From NCBI RefSeq assembly GCF_001194135.2, contig NC_068985.1:43557529-43612577 (forward strand): a DNA stretch of 55,049 bases, read 5' to 3'. Source of the stretch: Octopus bimaculoides (taxonomy: Eukaryota). Shown piece by piece: positions 36,235 through 51,600 of the stretch (position 1 is the first letter of the stretch; each line of letters opens with the position of its first letter). The position numbers and the translations under genes are program-made. The notes beneath the pieces are model-generated. The model saw only the letters and a list, made by a program, of their open reading frames with translations, had not been told where the DNA came from and did no database searches.

Positions 36235-39224
36235 GTGTATGTATGTGTATATATACATGTATATATATATAACAAAAGACCGAGACCTCTGGAGATATGC
36301 TGTGACTGAGAAGACCCGCCAAATAAAGTGAGTTCACATTTGTAACCTACACCAATGTCACATAACCAGTCCACTCAAAAAGTACCTTGAATTGTAGGGT
36401 GACATGCCGTGTTTGAGGAGACCTATTGAGTCAAGTACATCAAAATCAAAAACCTTGCCAGATCAGATTGGAACCTGGTGCAGCCTCCTGGCTTGCCAGT
36501 CCCCAGTCAAACGATTCAAACCCATGCCAGCATGGAAAACGGATGTTAAATGATGATGATGATGATGATACATATCAATAAGAAACAAGTTAAAAATAAT
36601 GGTCATTACATATTTTTGCTTTATTGGAGCAAATTTAGCTGACAACTGTTTCCAATGAAGGAAAAATATGTACTGGCCATTATTTTTAACTTGCTTCTTA
36701 ATTATCACTCTGTATAAAAACCAGTTTGTCTGGAGCTCATCCACGGATTTACAATATAGAATTGTGATGAACCATTACTTTGGACCCTGCCACAAGATTA
36801 CCTGGTGTTCTTCACTAATCTAAGGAATATTGTTAGCCTGATGTTCTAACAGAGAGCTTACGAATTATTTTGTTTGGATTGATTATCTCTCACTATTTGC
36901 TTATCATCATCATCATTTAGTGTTGAATGGTTTGACCAGGGCTGGTAAGCTGGAAGGCTGCATCAGGCTCCAGTCTGATTTGGCATGGTTTCTATGGCTG
37001 GATGCCCTTCTTAATGCCAATAACTTAGAGAGAGTAATGGGTGCCATTTGCATGACACTGGTATCTGCCACAATTGCGATTCTACTTGGCTTGATGGGTC
37101 TTCTTCTCAAGCATGACATAATGCCAAAAATCTCAGTCATTGCCTCCGTGAGGCTCAACACTTGAAAGGAACTTACCATGTGCTTCCGGCATCAGCCACT
37201 TTGCCTAAGTGAGGCCCAGCGCTTGAAAGGTGCTTTTCATGTGCCACTTACATGGCACCAGCATCATCCACAACTATGATTTCACTTGATTTGATGGGTC
37301 TTCTCAAGCACAGCATATCACCAAAGGTCTCAGTCACTAGTCATTGCCTCTGTGAGGCCCAACATTCACAGATTATGCTTCACCACCTTGTCCCATGTCT
37401 TCCTGGGTCTACCTCTACCACAGGTTCCCTCCACAGTTAGAGATTGGCACTTCTTTACACTGCTGTCCTTGTCCATATGCATCACATGACCGTACCAGTG
37501 AAGCTGTCTCTCTTGCACACCACATCTGATGCCTCTTATGCCCAACTTCTCTCTTAAGATGCTTACACTCTGTCGAACATGCACACAGACATTTCACATC
37601 CAGCAAAGCATACTGGCTTCATTTCTCTCAAGACTATGCATGTCCTTGGCTGTCTCAGCCAATGTTTCACTGTCATGTAACATTGATGTTTCGCACAAAG
37701 GCATCATACAATCTGACTTTCACTCTGAGGGAGAGGCTCTTCATTGCCAGCCGAGGCAGGAGTTCTCTGAACTTTACCCAGCCTAATCTTATTCTTACAG
37801 CTATGCTCTCGGAACATCCACCTCCACTACTAACTTGGTCACATAGATAACAGAAGCTATCTACTACCTCTAGCTTATCTCCCTGGCAGTTGATGGAGTC
37901 AGGATTTGTGATTTGTCTGCCTTCCTACTTACTAAGACTTTGGTCTTTGCTAGGTTAACTCCAAGGCCTTTCGATTCTAGACCTTGCTTCCATACTTGGA
38001 ACTTCTCTAGTTCTGGTAGTGATTCAGCTATAAGAACAAGGTCATCAGCATGGAGGAGCTCCCAGGGGCAGCCTGTCTTAAATTCCTCTGTTATTACCTG
38101 GAGGACTATGATGAACAAGAGTGGATTGAGGACCGATCCTTGGTGAACCCCTACATGTACCCTGAATTCTTTGCTGTACTTGTTGCTAACCCACACCTTA
38201 CTGGTAGCATCCCTGTACATGGCTTGTACAGCTCTCACCAATCACTCATCTATCTCTAGTTTCTGCATTGAACACCAGATAAGAGATTGGGGGACCCAGT
38301 CAAAGGCTTTCTCCAAGTCAACAAAAGCCAAGTACAGAGGTTTATCTTTGGTTATGTATTTCTCTTGCAGCTGCCTTACCAGAAATATAGCATCAGTAGT
38401 GCTTCTCCCAAACTGCATCTCATCTAGACTAACTCTCTCCCTAATTAATTGGGCCCCCCCTCTCTCTCTCTCTCTATATATATATATATCATCATCATCA
38501 TCATCATTTAACGTCCGCTTTCCATGCTAGCATGGGTTGGACGATTTGACTGAGGACTGGTGAACCAGATGGCTACACCAGGCTCTAATCTGATTTGGCA
38601 GAGTTTCCACAGCTGAATGCCCTTCTTAACACCAATACTATATATATATATATAGAACAAATAGTGAGCGATTATCCTCATGAAATGATGATCACACACA
38701 CACACACACGAAATTCAATTTATAAATGATGCTGTCTAATTAAATGTCTATAAAATTACTATATTGATATATATATATACTTACTCTGTAACCTTTGAAG
38801 ACACCTCTCATTTTCTCTGTGTCAGTATTAACTGGGTCCCATCGGAATCTTGCAGATGTAGCTGTCATTTCATGGTCGGGATCTAGTTCAAAGTTGCTAG
38901 GTACTTCTAGTGGAGCTATAAAATAAAATTTAAATACTTAATGCAAGTAATATTGGGTATATGTAAGTGTTCTAAGTATCAAGTAATTAACTTAAAAAAA
39001 AAAGGAACAAACTTTTTAATTAAAAAATGAATATTGAATTCATTTTCAGAGTTAAATTTAAAAGAAACAATAGAAATATACAAAAGCTATTGAATGAGCA
39101 AAAGAAGAGTTTTTTTTATTTAAAACATTAAATCTGTAAAATACTACTATTTGTTTTGCATTTATCTTTAAAACTTATAGAAAGTACTCTTTGGAATTCT
39201 GTCTTCTTTGCTTTAGCTTCAAGA

Positions 39225-39291
<67 letters not shown>

Positions 39292-41560
39292 TTGGCAAAG
39301 TTTACTTACAATCTTCCCCAGAAAATCCTTCGATTTCTTTAAGGTCGACTTGTGCATAACCTTTATCATTCTTTGCAGCAACAGTAATTTTGTATGGTTC
39401 ATATGTGGTATTGGTTCTGATTTCTTTCTTAGCTTCTTCATTGCCATCAACAGTATAAGTTTCAACCTTATCATCCTTTTCAATTTTGACCTCATAATAA
39501 AATCCAGGCCCATTAAACTGCAGAGGTGACATAGGCTTTAAAAACAAATTAATAAATAAGATTACTTAAATGTATGAATTACCTGACATAATAATTATAA
39601 TTATAAAAAATACAAGTAAAGTAAAGTGATCGAAAAATATAAACAATATCTTAAGTTAAGCAGTAATTCTTCACTTAGATTAAAAGAACTTGTTATTTGT
39701 AAAGAGTGAAAATAATCAAAATATTACTATTGATAGATATTTTACAAATTATGAGCAAATGAAAGACAAAATTGACCTCCAACTGTATCTAGATTCAGAA
39801 TTATGCAGCTAGAACAACAATGACATACTCTGTTGTTAAGTTTGGATGATACTGAGGTATATTCTCTGTTGCAAACATTTGAGTAAGACACACACAAAGA
39901 AAATCTCCTTGACACCATAAGAATGTTTCCTATTTACCCCAAACATGATCTATATATTTCCTGATATTATGTTGATATAACTAAATCTGTTACTGTCCAT
40001 CAGTTAACCCACAGTCACAAGGCATTTGTCAATCTGAGGCAATGGTAGAAGACTTCAGTGCAGGTGTCAAACCTGGAACCACATGGATGCAAAGTGAACT
40101 TTTTTTTATATAGCCATACTAGCTTTTTGTTGCTTTGCAACATCAAATGCTACACATATCTGTGAAACTACTTCAGTACATATTTAACAACTAAATGTGG
40201 CGGCGGCAAATATATTTTACGATTCTGTATTGTTACTGTTTACCTCTCGTTCAGAGATTTAATATAGCTTATTTCAGTATATTCTTCAATAAATTATTAT
40301 ATGAATATGATGCTGTCAATGAAGAAGTAATTATATATTATTCTCTGACTTATAACATGAATATAGTTTGGAGAAAGGGGCAGTGCCCATGGCTCTTATA
40401 GACCAGACAAGATCAGTGACATTGATGGTGCTTCTGTTCAATTCTGATTAAACTGTTGCAATTCAATGACTACAAGAAAGGCATGCAGAAAGGAAATTCC
40501 AGGGAGGAGTGAAATAAGAAAAGCAGCCAGTGTGGGACTTGGTAAATTAGACACAACATATGTAATAAGAGAAGAAATGAATCAGGAGGGCCTGAGTGGA
40601 GGTGTCTCAAATTCTAGGACTCAGAGAAGATACCTTTTCCTCAATCCTTTCCCCACAGAATTTGTATCTCTTTGTTACCCATCTTCCCAACTTTACATGT
40701 CTGGAATGTCTAGGAGGCCTGAATGGAATATGGGCACTGACTCTTACTTTGAACTAATTAGCTAAAACATTTTGATGAATACCAAAACATTATAGTGGTG
40801 GATTATGACAATGATCATAATGATGATAACAATAGTTGTTAGTGTGATAAGAAAGTGAATCTTCTTTTCTTCCAAATGTAACAGGTAAAGTGTATTCAAT
40901 GAGAAAAAGAAAACTTTCAAATGTTACTTACATCCCAGACTACAACTAAGTAGTCCTTCTTGTTGATTAAGGTCCTCACATTTTTGGGATGGAATGGTGG
41001 GAAATCAGCAGCAGTTGTACACACATTATCTGCAGGTTCACTAGGTGCCCCGGTTCCTAATTCATTTACTCCCCTAACTCGGAAGGTAAAGTTTGACCAA
41101 GATGTCAATTCTGTTTCCCACTTTTCAACTTTATCATCTGTCTTGCCCTTCTCATACCAAGCATCATCAAAAGAAGTTTTGAACTCAATGATGTAATGAG
41201 TAATAGGTGAATAATTATCTTTTCCTTCTTTCCAAGCAATTGTAGCACTTTCGGGTTGACAATTAACCTTAACATCTGTAGGAGGGTCTGGGGGTCCTAA
41301 AATATAAGACAGGTTGTCATAATTATTTGTTGAAAATACATACACACACACACAGACATACATCTATTAATTTCAAATTTTGGTGGAGGGGGTAAGTCGA
41401 TTACACTGATTCCAGCACTCAACTGGTACTTATTTTATCATATCAAAAGGATGAAAGACAAAGTAGACAGGGGTGGTATTTGAACCCCGAATGTTAAGGT
41501 GGACAAAATGCTGCTAAGCATTTTGCCCAGTGCGCTAACAATTCTACCAGCTCACTGCTT

Positions 41561-41599
<39 letters not shown>

Positions 41600-44500
41600 T
41601 AGGGAAAAATTCCAAATTTACAGGGAAAAATTCAATTTAATTTATCAAAATTAAATTAAATTTCACAATATATAATATATAAATATATAATTTAGAGAAA
41701 AAAAACACAATTATTCAATTCATCCATGAAAATCCACAATCACATAGAAAAAATTAATAAGTAAATATACTAAAAAGACCTATAATAAAAATAAAAAAAG
41801 TACAAAGTAATAAATATTAAAATAGTAAAAATGACTACACATGTTTCATAATCATATTTTCAAGTTAAAATTAACATTATTAAAGAGATTTTAAAACTAA
41901 CATTATTAAAGAGATTTTAAATATAATCGATATGTTCCTTAGAGATAATAAAAAATATAATAATATTTTTTCTAGTAATAATTTGGGAGTTGGTTATTCT
42001 ACTACTAATAATGTTGGTAACATTATTTCTTCTTTTAATAGATTTAAGTTAAATAAGTTTTACAAATATAAATTAAATACTTATTCTAATAAAAATAATA
42101 AGGACCAGGATATAATTAATTGTGCATGTAGAGATAAGACCAAATGTAAATTTAATAATAAATGTGATTTGAAGGATGTGGTGTATAAATGTATAGTGAC
42201 TTTAATTGATGTGAATAAATTTAATGGTTATAATTTAAATAAGATTTACATAGGATCGACTTCGAATAAAATTAAATTATGTGTGGCTCAACACATGAAT
42301 TCCTTTAAGAATAGAAATTTGATTAATTCTACTGGCCTTAGTAAATATATTTGGGAACTAAAATCTAAAAATAATAAGTACATTTTAAATTAGGAGATAG
42401 CTTGTAAGGCAAAATCTTTTCTTATAGGTAGTAATTTTTGTATGTTGTGTACTAGTGTACTAATGAATTTAAGGAGATATTAAATAATAATAATATTTTG
42501 ATTAACTCCCTTGATGAATGTAAAATTAAATGTAGACATAAATTAAATTGTTTATATAATAAGTTTAGCTAATTGTGTATATATATATATATATATNNNN
42601 NNNNNNNNNNNNNNNNNNNNNNNNNNNNNNNNNNNNNNNNNNNNNNNNNNNNNNNNNNNNNNNNNNNNNNNNNNNNNNNNNNNNNNNNNNNNNNNNNNNN
42701 NNNNNNNNNNNNNNNNNNNNNNNNNNNNNNNNNNNNNNNNNNNNNNNNNNNNNNNNNNNNNNNNNNNNNNNNNNNNNNNNNNNNNNNNNNNNNNNNNNNN
42801 NNNNNNNNNNNNNNNNNNNNNNNNNNNNNNNNNNNNNNNNNNNNNNNNNNNNNNNNNNNNNNNNNNNNNNNNNNNNNNNNNNNNNNNNNNNNNNNNNNNN
42901 NNNNNNNNNNNNNNNNNNNNNNNNNNNNNNNNNNNNNNNNNNNNNNNNNNNNNNNNNNNNNNNNNNNNNNNNNNNNNNNNNNNNNNNNNNNNNNNNNNNN
43001 NNNNNNNNNNNNNNNNNNNNNNNNNNNNNNNNNNNNNNNNNNNNNNNNNNNNNNNNNNNNNNNNNNNNNNNNNNNNNNNNNNNNNNNNNNNNNNNNNNNN
43101 NNNNNNNNNNNNNNNNNNNNNNNNNNNNNNNNNNNNNNNNNNNNNNNNNNNNNNNNNNNNNNNNNNNNNNNNNNNNNNNNNNNNNNNNNNNNNNNNNNNN
43201 NNNNNNNNNNNNNNNNNNNNNNNNNNNNNNNNNNNNNNNNNNNNNNNNNNNNNNNNNNNNNNNNNNNNNNNNNNNNNNNNNNNNNNNNNNNNNNNNNNNN
43301 NNNNNNNNNNNNNNNNNNNNNNNNNNNNNNNNNNNNNNNNNNNNNNNNNNNNNNNNNNNNNNNNNNNNNNNNNNNNNNNNNNNNNNNNNNNNNNNNNNNN
43401 NNNNTATATATATATTAACGTCTGTTTTTAATGTTCTGTTATAATAAAAACAATTTTACGTTAATCTGATGGCTTACTCTATACTTTTGTACAGTACAAA
43501 TTTATTATTCTTAAACAAGAATGTTACTGATAGTGACTTTGAAGTTTCAGCCAGCTAAGCCATTGTTGGCCAATGCTTTAGCTGGATGAAACTTTGAAGT
43601 CACTGTCAATAATATACATACACACACACGTGTGAGTGAGTCAGTATGTATGTATGTATATACATACACACACACACATACACAATTAAGCATTGCTTAA
43701 TTGTATTTATATACTTAATGAGTGGGTGGAAAGGGCAATTTAGTCTTAATGATATGGCTCATCCAATAATTACCATAAACATAAAACTAAACATTAGTGT
43801 GGATATATAATTTTATTCTTTCACTTGTTTCAGCCATGCTGGGACACTGCCTTGAAGGCTTTTAGTTGAATGAATTGGTCTCTACTTATTTTTTTTTAAG
43901 CCTGGTACTTATTCTATCAGACTCTTTTGTCAAATTTCTAAGTTACTGGGACACAAATAAATAACACCAGTTGTCAAGCAGTGTTGTGGGACAAGCACAA
44001 AAACACATACACGCATATTCATGTGTGTGTGTGCATATACAGACACACACACACACATATATACATATAGACACACACACACACAAATATATATGATGGG
44101 CTCCTTTCAATCTCCATCTACCAAATCCTTTCACAAGGCTTTAGTTAGCCTAAGGCTATAAAAGAAAACACTTAACACTTGCCCAAGATGCCATGCAGTA
44201 GGACTTAACCCAAAACCATGTGGTTGGGTAGCAAACTTCTTACCACACAGCTATGCCTGCACCTATATATACACAGGGAGTTCATAGAATTAAAAAAAAA
44301 CTAAATTAAGGCTGTTGAGATTTGAATTGGAATATTGATAGAATTAGTATTGCAAGCAGACATTGCAAATGTTCACTTTGATGTTACACTATTAAAATAT
44401 AATTGATTTCCAATAGCACAAAGATGATTTGAACACATTACCTTTCACTTTCAACTCTGCTCCTTTTGTGGCATTATCTAAGCCATTGCTAGCCACACAA

Positions 44501-47500
44501 GTATAATTCCCAGAATCTTTGTTGGAAAGGTTAGAAATAATCAGGTTGTTGCTTTCTTCATGCTTAATATTTGGATCATTAACATCAACAGGTACACCGT
44601 CTTTATACCAGGATATCTTCAAATTGTCAATTTCATAAGAGTCTGTAATTGCATAGCAGGTAAACAATGCTGTCTTTCCAACCATGACGACCATGTCATC
44701 AGGGCCCTCAACAATACTGGTGCGTTCTGAAAAGGTGATAGAAATATAATAAATACCATTTCATTTATCAGTTGTCTACATACTTGGCTCTACATAGCTA
44801 TTTTTTTGTTTTGAAAGTCTGGTACTTCTTCTATTGGTCGCTTTTGCTGAACTGCTAAGTTGGGGGTGTAAATGATGCTGAGTACCCTCATCACTTGTTC
44901 CTCTTACAGCTCAATACTATCAGTCATGCTTCTGCTATATCCTTTGAGCCTCTCTGTAAAAAGGTTGGCAAGTGAGCAAACATGGGAGACAAGAGAATCC
45001 TTTATTCATGTCATGGACAAGGGTATCTGTATAGTGCAGGTGCCAGGGAAAATTGCTCCCAGAAAACTTGGTAAAGTCTAAGGTTGAAAGGACCCTTTAG
45101 ACTTGTAGGAGATAAGGCACTGTCTGAGTAATGGTACCATGAAAGGAAGCACCCTGTATATTTTGTAAAGTGGTTGATATTAAAAAGGGCATCAAGCCAT
45201 AGAAACCAAGTAAAATATGCAATTCACAAGTGATACTCATCACAGCTTGATGAGAAGCACCTCCTAATATGATTTACTTATGCTTACTGTGGTGACCCAT
45301 CTAAACCATGCCAGTATGGAGAGTGGACATAAAATAATGATGATGATGATGATGTAATGTTATGATGTGTAAGAAGTGAAGCAACAAGTTTACAAAATAT
45401 AAACTTTTTAAACCTGTTACATGGCCCTGTGGTTAGCAAACTTGCTTCACATTCATGTAGTTTTGGACTTGATTCAAATGCAAAGTGGCCAAATGTCCTC
45501 TGCCAGTTATGTAGTGATATCATACCATGGAAGAACTTACTGCAGTCTTATCTACTGTCACTGCTATATAGATACATCATACCATGGAGGAAATTATCAT
45601 AGTTTTATCTACCACTGTTATCCAGAGGAACTTATTTCAGTTTATTCTGCTTAATGCAGTTGAGATAAACATTTTGCTCTCTCACTGAATATAATCCTTT
45701 CTATATTACATCGATCCCAGTGTTTCACTGGTACTTAACTTATCGACCCTGAAAGGATGAAAGGCAAAGTTGGCCTTAGCGGAATTTGAACTCAGATTGT
45801 AGCAACAGGTGAAATACTGCTAAGCATTTTGCCTGACATGCTAATGATTCTGCCAGCTTGCTGCCTCTTACTGAATATATTGCCAAATTATTATAGTTGC
45901 TTTACTCATGTCAGTATCTGAGCAATGTCAATACATCTTAGAGCATTGAAATTTAATGAAATGGACCACTGAATCTTGAGAGTCTTTCTTATGGCTACAA
46001 TACCAGTAACAAGATCTGAGGCATCTGACTAACCAGCTGTAACTCTCTACTGTAATGTTACAGATGAATTAACCTAAAATTACCATTAACATTTTATACC
46101 TTAAGGAAGAAAAAATTATTGTAGTAATGAGGTAATGAGCTGATTTTGTAAAAGCTTTGATATAAAACTCCTGAAAAGAAAAAAGACTTGAGAATAAGAG
46201 AAACAGATCAGTAAAGTCACATGAATGAACTTACTTCGAACAGCTAGTTTGCCTGTGGAACTCATTCCACCAAATTTATTTTTAGCACGACAAGTATATT
46301 CTCCTGAATCTTTAGCTTGTACCCCCTTTAAAGAAAAGATAAATATATATATTTATAAAGTGAAGAATGGAGCAAATCCAAATGTTGAGGTCATTGAACA
46401 TGTATCAAAAAATCTGACAGTAGGAGAATCAAAACCATGCACTAGATAATATAAGTATTCCTAGAGAATATAAATATACTACCAAAACAATGATTATCAG
46501 AAGCAACTAATGAGTAGAGGATCAGAGCTTGTGCAGGTTATTTATGATGTAGGTAAACATGTAGTGAAACCCTATCAAAAGTTTGATAATATCTTTTGTT
46601 AAAACCTGTTCTTTTTTACATTTTGGAATCATTAGCTGCTATTATCTATTCCAAGGCCAATTCTAAATTCAGAAGAGCTATGATCAAAAACATTTAGGAT
46701 CATCACATCCTCTTTCAGTAAAGTTTCTAACATCTTATTTTTTAAAGACTGTAGAATATGGGCTGAGGAATATTCAGTTGCTATTTCAAACAGGTCAATC
46801 GAGTATACTAAAGATTCTTCATTGGCTGGTGGAATCATTAGTTGATGATATGATGAAAGGACTTTATGGAAAATGAAGAGTTGATCCTTGATGTGTGAAT
46901 GATATCTGAGATCTTGCAGAATAATGAGTTTACCATCATGAAGTTTAAAATGTAAAATTACTAAATGAAAAGCTAGAGATTTCATTTCTTTGAAATAGAA
47001 CACTGAATTCTACATTTCCAAATTTTGAAGTAGCAAAATCTTCTAGAGCAGTTTAAGTAATGTTTGGCACCAGCTTAACTTCAGGCACAACTTAAGTACA
47101 GAAACACAATTAAGTTTGGTATCTTATATATTTGGTTATCATAACATATGTTTGTTAACAGGACAAAAACAGAACTTCTAGATGGTCACTTAATTTGTCA
47201 GATATAGCAGCCAAATTTTTCACAATCACCCTCTCATCTTAGAAACAGGACTTTCCACAGTATCAGTATTTTACATATCTACTTTTCTGTGCTAGCATTG
47301 GTAGGACAGTTTTACTGAGGCAGTATTTTATGGCCAGATATTTTTTCCATCAAACCTTTTAGTTGTCTTGTATGACTCATAGGAACACACTGTATCTGTT
47401 CGAAAACGATCATGTGATTAGGTAATAGAAGGTAAAGGCTAAAGACCTCCTTTGGTCATGAATGACCATGAGATTGCACCTAGAAAGTTACCCTCCAAGG

Positions 47501-48637
47501 TACAAGTTCGAGCAAGGTTGTTTTATGGAAGACCAGCAGTTGCTCATGCATACCAGCTTCCCCTCTCCACACCACTGATGTCACCCAAGAGGAAGGCAAA
47601 GGCCAATGCAGCTTGGCACCAGTGACATTGCAACCCATTTCTATAGCTGAGTGAATTGGAGCAATGTGAAATAAAGTGTCTTGCTCAAAAACACAACACA
47701 CAGTCCAGTCCAGGAATTGAACTCACTACCTCATGATTGTGAGCCCAGCGTCTAACCACTGAGCTATGCACCTTCACCATTAGGTAATACAATTTGGAAT
47801 ATAATGTACCAGAAAAAAGAAAACCTTAAGATGGTCTTGGCTGGAGAAAAATAATAGGTCTGTGGCTTGCATCTAGTCATTTGACCAACTACCTACTGTG
47901 TCATACACCTGTTCAATCTGGATTGGCCAAGAGTTAAACAACAACAACAACAACATCAAAAACAAAACATGTATTTTTGCACAAACACTCAGTCACAAGT
48001 GTTTGGAATTATGATGAAAACAAAAGAATTTGTTAGCATATATCCATATACTTACAGTTATTTTTAAAGCACCACTAGGTAACATTTCATGTCTTTCACT
48101 CTTAATTAGCTGATCACCTCTGAACCAAGTTATAGCTGGTGTTGGTTTACCTTCTGCAACGCATGGTAATACTACAACAGATTCTGCTGCAACTTTAGTT
48201 AATTCAGGAACTCCTTCCGAAAATGACGGTGGAATTGCTGAAATATAAATACAAAAGAAATGTGAAAATTGCTTTAATATATTTACTCTTCAAATTGTGG
48301 AAGAACAATTTTTTTTTTACTTTTTCAGTTACCGGACTGTGACCATGCCGAGACACCATCTTGAAGGGTTTAGTTGAACAAACTGGTCCCAAGTACTTAT
48401 TAAGTTTGGTATTTAATCTATCATTCCCTTTTGCTGAACCACTAAGTTTTGGGGATGTAAACAATTATCAAGTAGTAAGAGACAAACATAAACACAAAGA
48501 TGCATGTGTGTGTACACATATGCGAGGGGGTGCTGAAAAGTTCCTGGCTTTAAGGGTATCGTAAAAAACCTGGTTGGAGGCCCAGCCTTCTGGGCTCTTT
48601 TACATGACTTAGATGGAATGTCAAATATATGTATATA

Positions 48638-48671
<34 letters not shown>

Positions 48672-51600
48672 NNNNNNNNNNAGAGAGAGAGAGAGATAAA
48701 TAAATAAAAATAGATAGATAAATATAAATAGTAAAATAGTAAAATAGTATAAATATATATAGTAAAATATAAATAGTAAAATAGTAAGATAGATTGGTTT
48801 GGTCATGGTTGTGTGATCCAAGAAGTTTGCTTGGCAACAACATGGTTTCAGGTTCAGTTTTACTGTGTGGCACTTTGCTATAATTTTCTGCTATAGCCTC
48901 AGACCATCCAAAGCCTCGCAAGTGAATTTAGTTGATGGAGACTGAAAAGAAGCCTATTGCATATGTATACATCCAGGAATTTTTCAGCACCCCCTTGTAA
49001 TTTTACTGATGAGGTATTGATTAATCTGAGGCTTTGGTTACCAAAAGGGCTAGGGCTAGGGCTACTCAGTGGAATTAAGGACAGGATACAGTGGTTGAGA
49101 AATCAGTTTCTTAAATGAATACTCATACCTGCACCTATCTATTTATTTTATATCTATCAAAGGGATACTATTTAAGCTAACTTCTGAGTGAAGGTTGGTT
49201 GTGTTTATGCAAATATTTATTCACTTTTCTTATCGTAGTAAATATTATTAATACATTTATTCCTTCAAATAAGAACACAACCATTTTAATTGTATTTGCA
49301 TAATATCATGAAACTAAATTGAATTTCAACATTAGCTCATATTTACCTAACACATTTAGATAGAAATCGGCCCATAAGTAACCATTTTCATTTGAAGCAT
49401 TGCACTGAATAACCTTTGAATCATTCCTTGTTAACATAAAATATTTCAAAGTATCGTTTTGAAATTGCTGATTTACTCGCGGAGGAACAGCTGAAAAAGA
49501 CAAAACAAAAAACAAAGTAAATAATCACATGAGACATCATGTATTAGATTTAAAAACAAAAAAAACAATGTAAATAATTAAATAACATATCATGTCTGGG
49601 ATAAAATAACAATAAAAAGTTTTCACTTTGTCCATTTTACATCTCTTTTCAATACTAGCATGCGTGAATGAATACTTATTATTAAGGCATTATTTTAAAG
49701 TTGGATATCCTTCCAGATGCTAACTCTTCATTGTTTCTCAAGTAAGTGTTTTTAATTCCACTTGTACATGAAAGCACAGAGCTACAGCAAGATTTGTTAA
49801 TAGGGAATGCCAACATAACATCATTTTCCTTGAACATGGAATGTAAACAATAACACAGGTACACACACCCAAACTCACACATAGACACAGATGGGATGCC
49901 ATACAATTTCCATCTATTAATTCCACTTACAAGGCATTAATCAGCCCAAGATATCATAAGATAGAACTTGAAACCATGTAGCTGTATACTGAAATTTGTA
50001 TTCACACAGCCATGCCCACATCTATTATATTTTGTATTTTCTCCTACAAATGTACTTATAAAATATTTTATTTTTGTAATGTTGCAAATGATTTATTGAA
50101 TGCATGAGCACGTTTCATGCTTTGGTAGTTTTAAATACTGAAATCTTGTAGTCAAGATACAAGGTTCAATTACATATTAGAGCAGTTATGTTCCAAGATG
50201 TAACTGATTCCTAACTAAATTTTTCAGATCCTAAACTGTTTCTCAAAGATCTATATTTAACTGAATGTTTATTTCTGTTCATGTGTTTTTTAAATTATCT
50301 ACTATGGGCAACATTTTTTTGAGAACAGGGCCACATGAGGCATGGCTCATCCTCAGACAGGTTGCACTACATAAAACATTTGAGGTAATTTTTTGTTAGG
50401 TGTGCCATTCAGAGAGTCTCACAGGCTGCAGTTTGCCTGTAATTGATTTACTGTATCATCCTTACCCAGCTATCTTAATTGTTCAGCTTTGAGGGGTTAG
50501 AAAACAGATAAGAGTTATGCAATCTTACTGGATATAAAAAGTAACCCCTTCAGTCTATTCTCTAGGTTTAATATTATACAATTAATAAAATTCTCTTCTT
50601 TTAGCCATTGGATTTTATGTATGGAGAAATACTATTATAATATGTTTTCTACAATAGGCACAGGGCTTAAAATTACGGGAGAGGGAGCTTGTCAATTATA
50701 TTGACCCCAGTGCTCAACTGGTACTTAATTTATTGACTCTGAAAGGATGAAAGGCAAAGTTGATCTTGGTAGAATTTGAACTTAAAACATAAAGCCAAAA
50801 GAAATGCTGCTAAGCATTTTGTCCAGCATGCTAATTATTCTGCTAACTCACCACTTCAGAAATAATATATAACTACACCATCATGTAACTATTATACAAA
50901 GACAAGTCAATGACACAATAATAAAAACACCATATATATAGTGCAGGAGTAGATTAGACAGAAATGGGGAAATTTTAGAGAAATACTAGCTCTTGGCATG
51001 AAGAAATCATTTCCTTCTCAGCCAAGGGTGTAACCATATCAATTTTATATCCTCATTCTAAATTACAGAATTACATGAAAACATGATAAAGAATTTTCTT
51101 GAATAAGGGACAAAGTGAAGTAGAAAATAGAAGAAACTTGCATTGTATGGGTTGTCCATTGATGTACCATTTCACTTCAGGTTTTGGTCTACCAAGTGCT
51201 TGGCAGGAAAATGTCACATTTTCATCAACTCCTTTGGTTACATCTTCAGGAACAGTTACCCAATATGGTCGAGCTGAATGAAAGAATAGAAATATTCAGT
51301 GGGGGGGGGGNNNNNNNNNNNNNNNNNNNNNNNNNNNNNNNNNNNNNNNNNNNNNNNNNNNNNNNNNNNNNNNNNNNNNNNNNNNNNNNNNNNNNNNNNN
51401 NNNNNNNNNNNNNNNNNNNNNNNNNNNNNNNNNNNNNNNNNNNNNNNNNNNNNNNNNNNNNNNNNNNNNNNNNNNNNNNNNNNNNNNNNNNNNNNNNNNN
51501 NNNNNNNNNNNNNNNNNNNNNNNNNNNNNNNNNNNNNNNNNNNNNNNNNNNNNNNNNNNNNNNNNNNNNNNNNNNNNNNNNNNNNNNNNNNNNNNNNNNN

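Noticed and set aside
44442-44726. RGD integrin motif in Ig6 as in vertebrate L1
   Set aside because: Not present in the translated exon
46632-47003. 123-aa ORF; likewise 40466-40765 and 33957-34163
   Set aside because: No recognisable motif, no phase-compatible splice sites, not needed for the Nrg domain architecture
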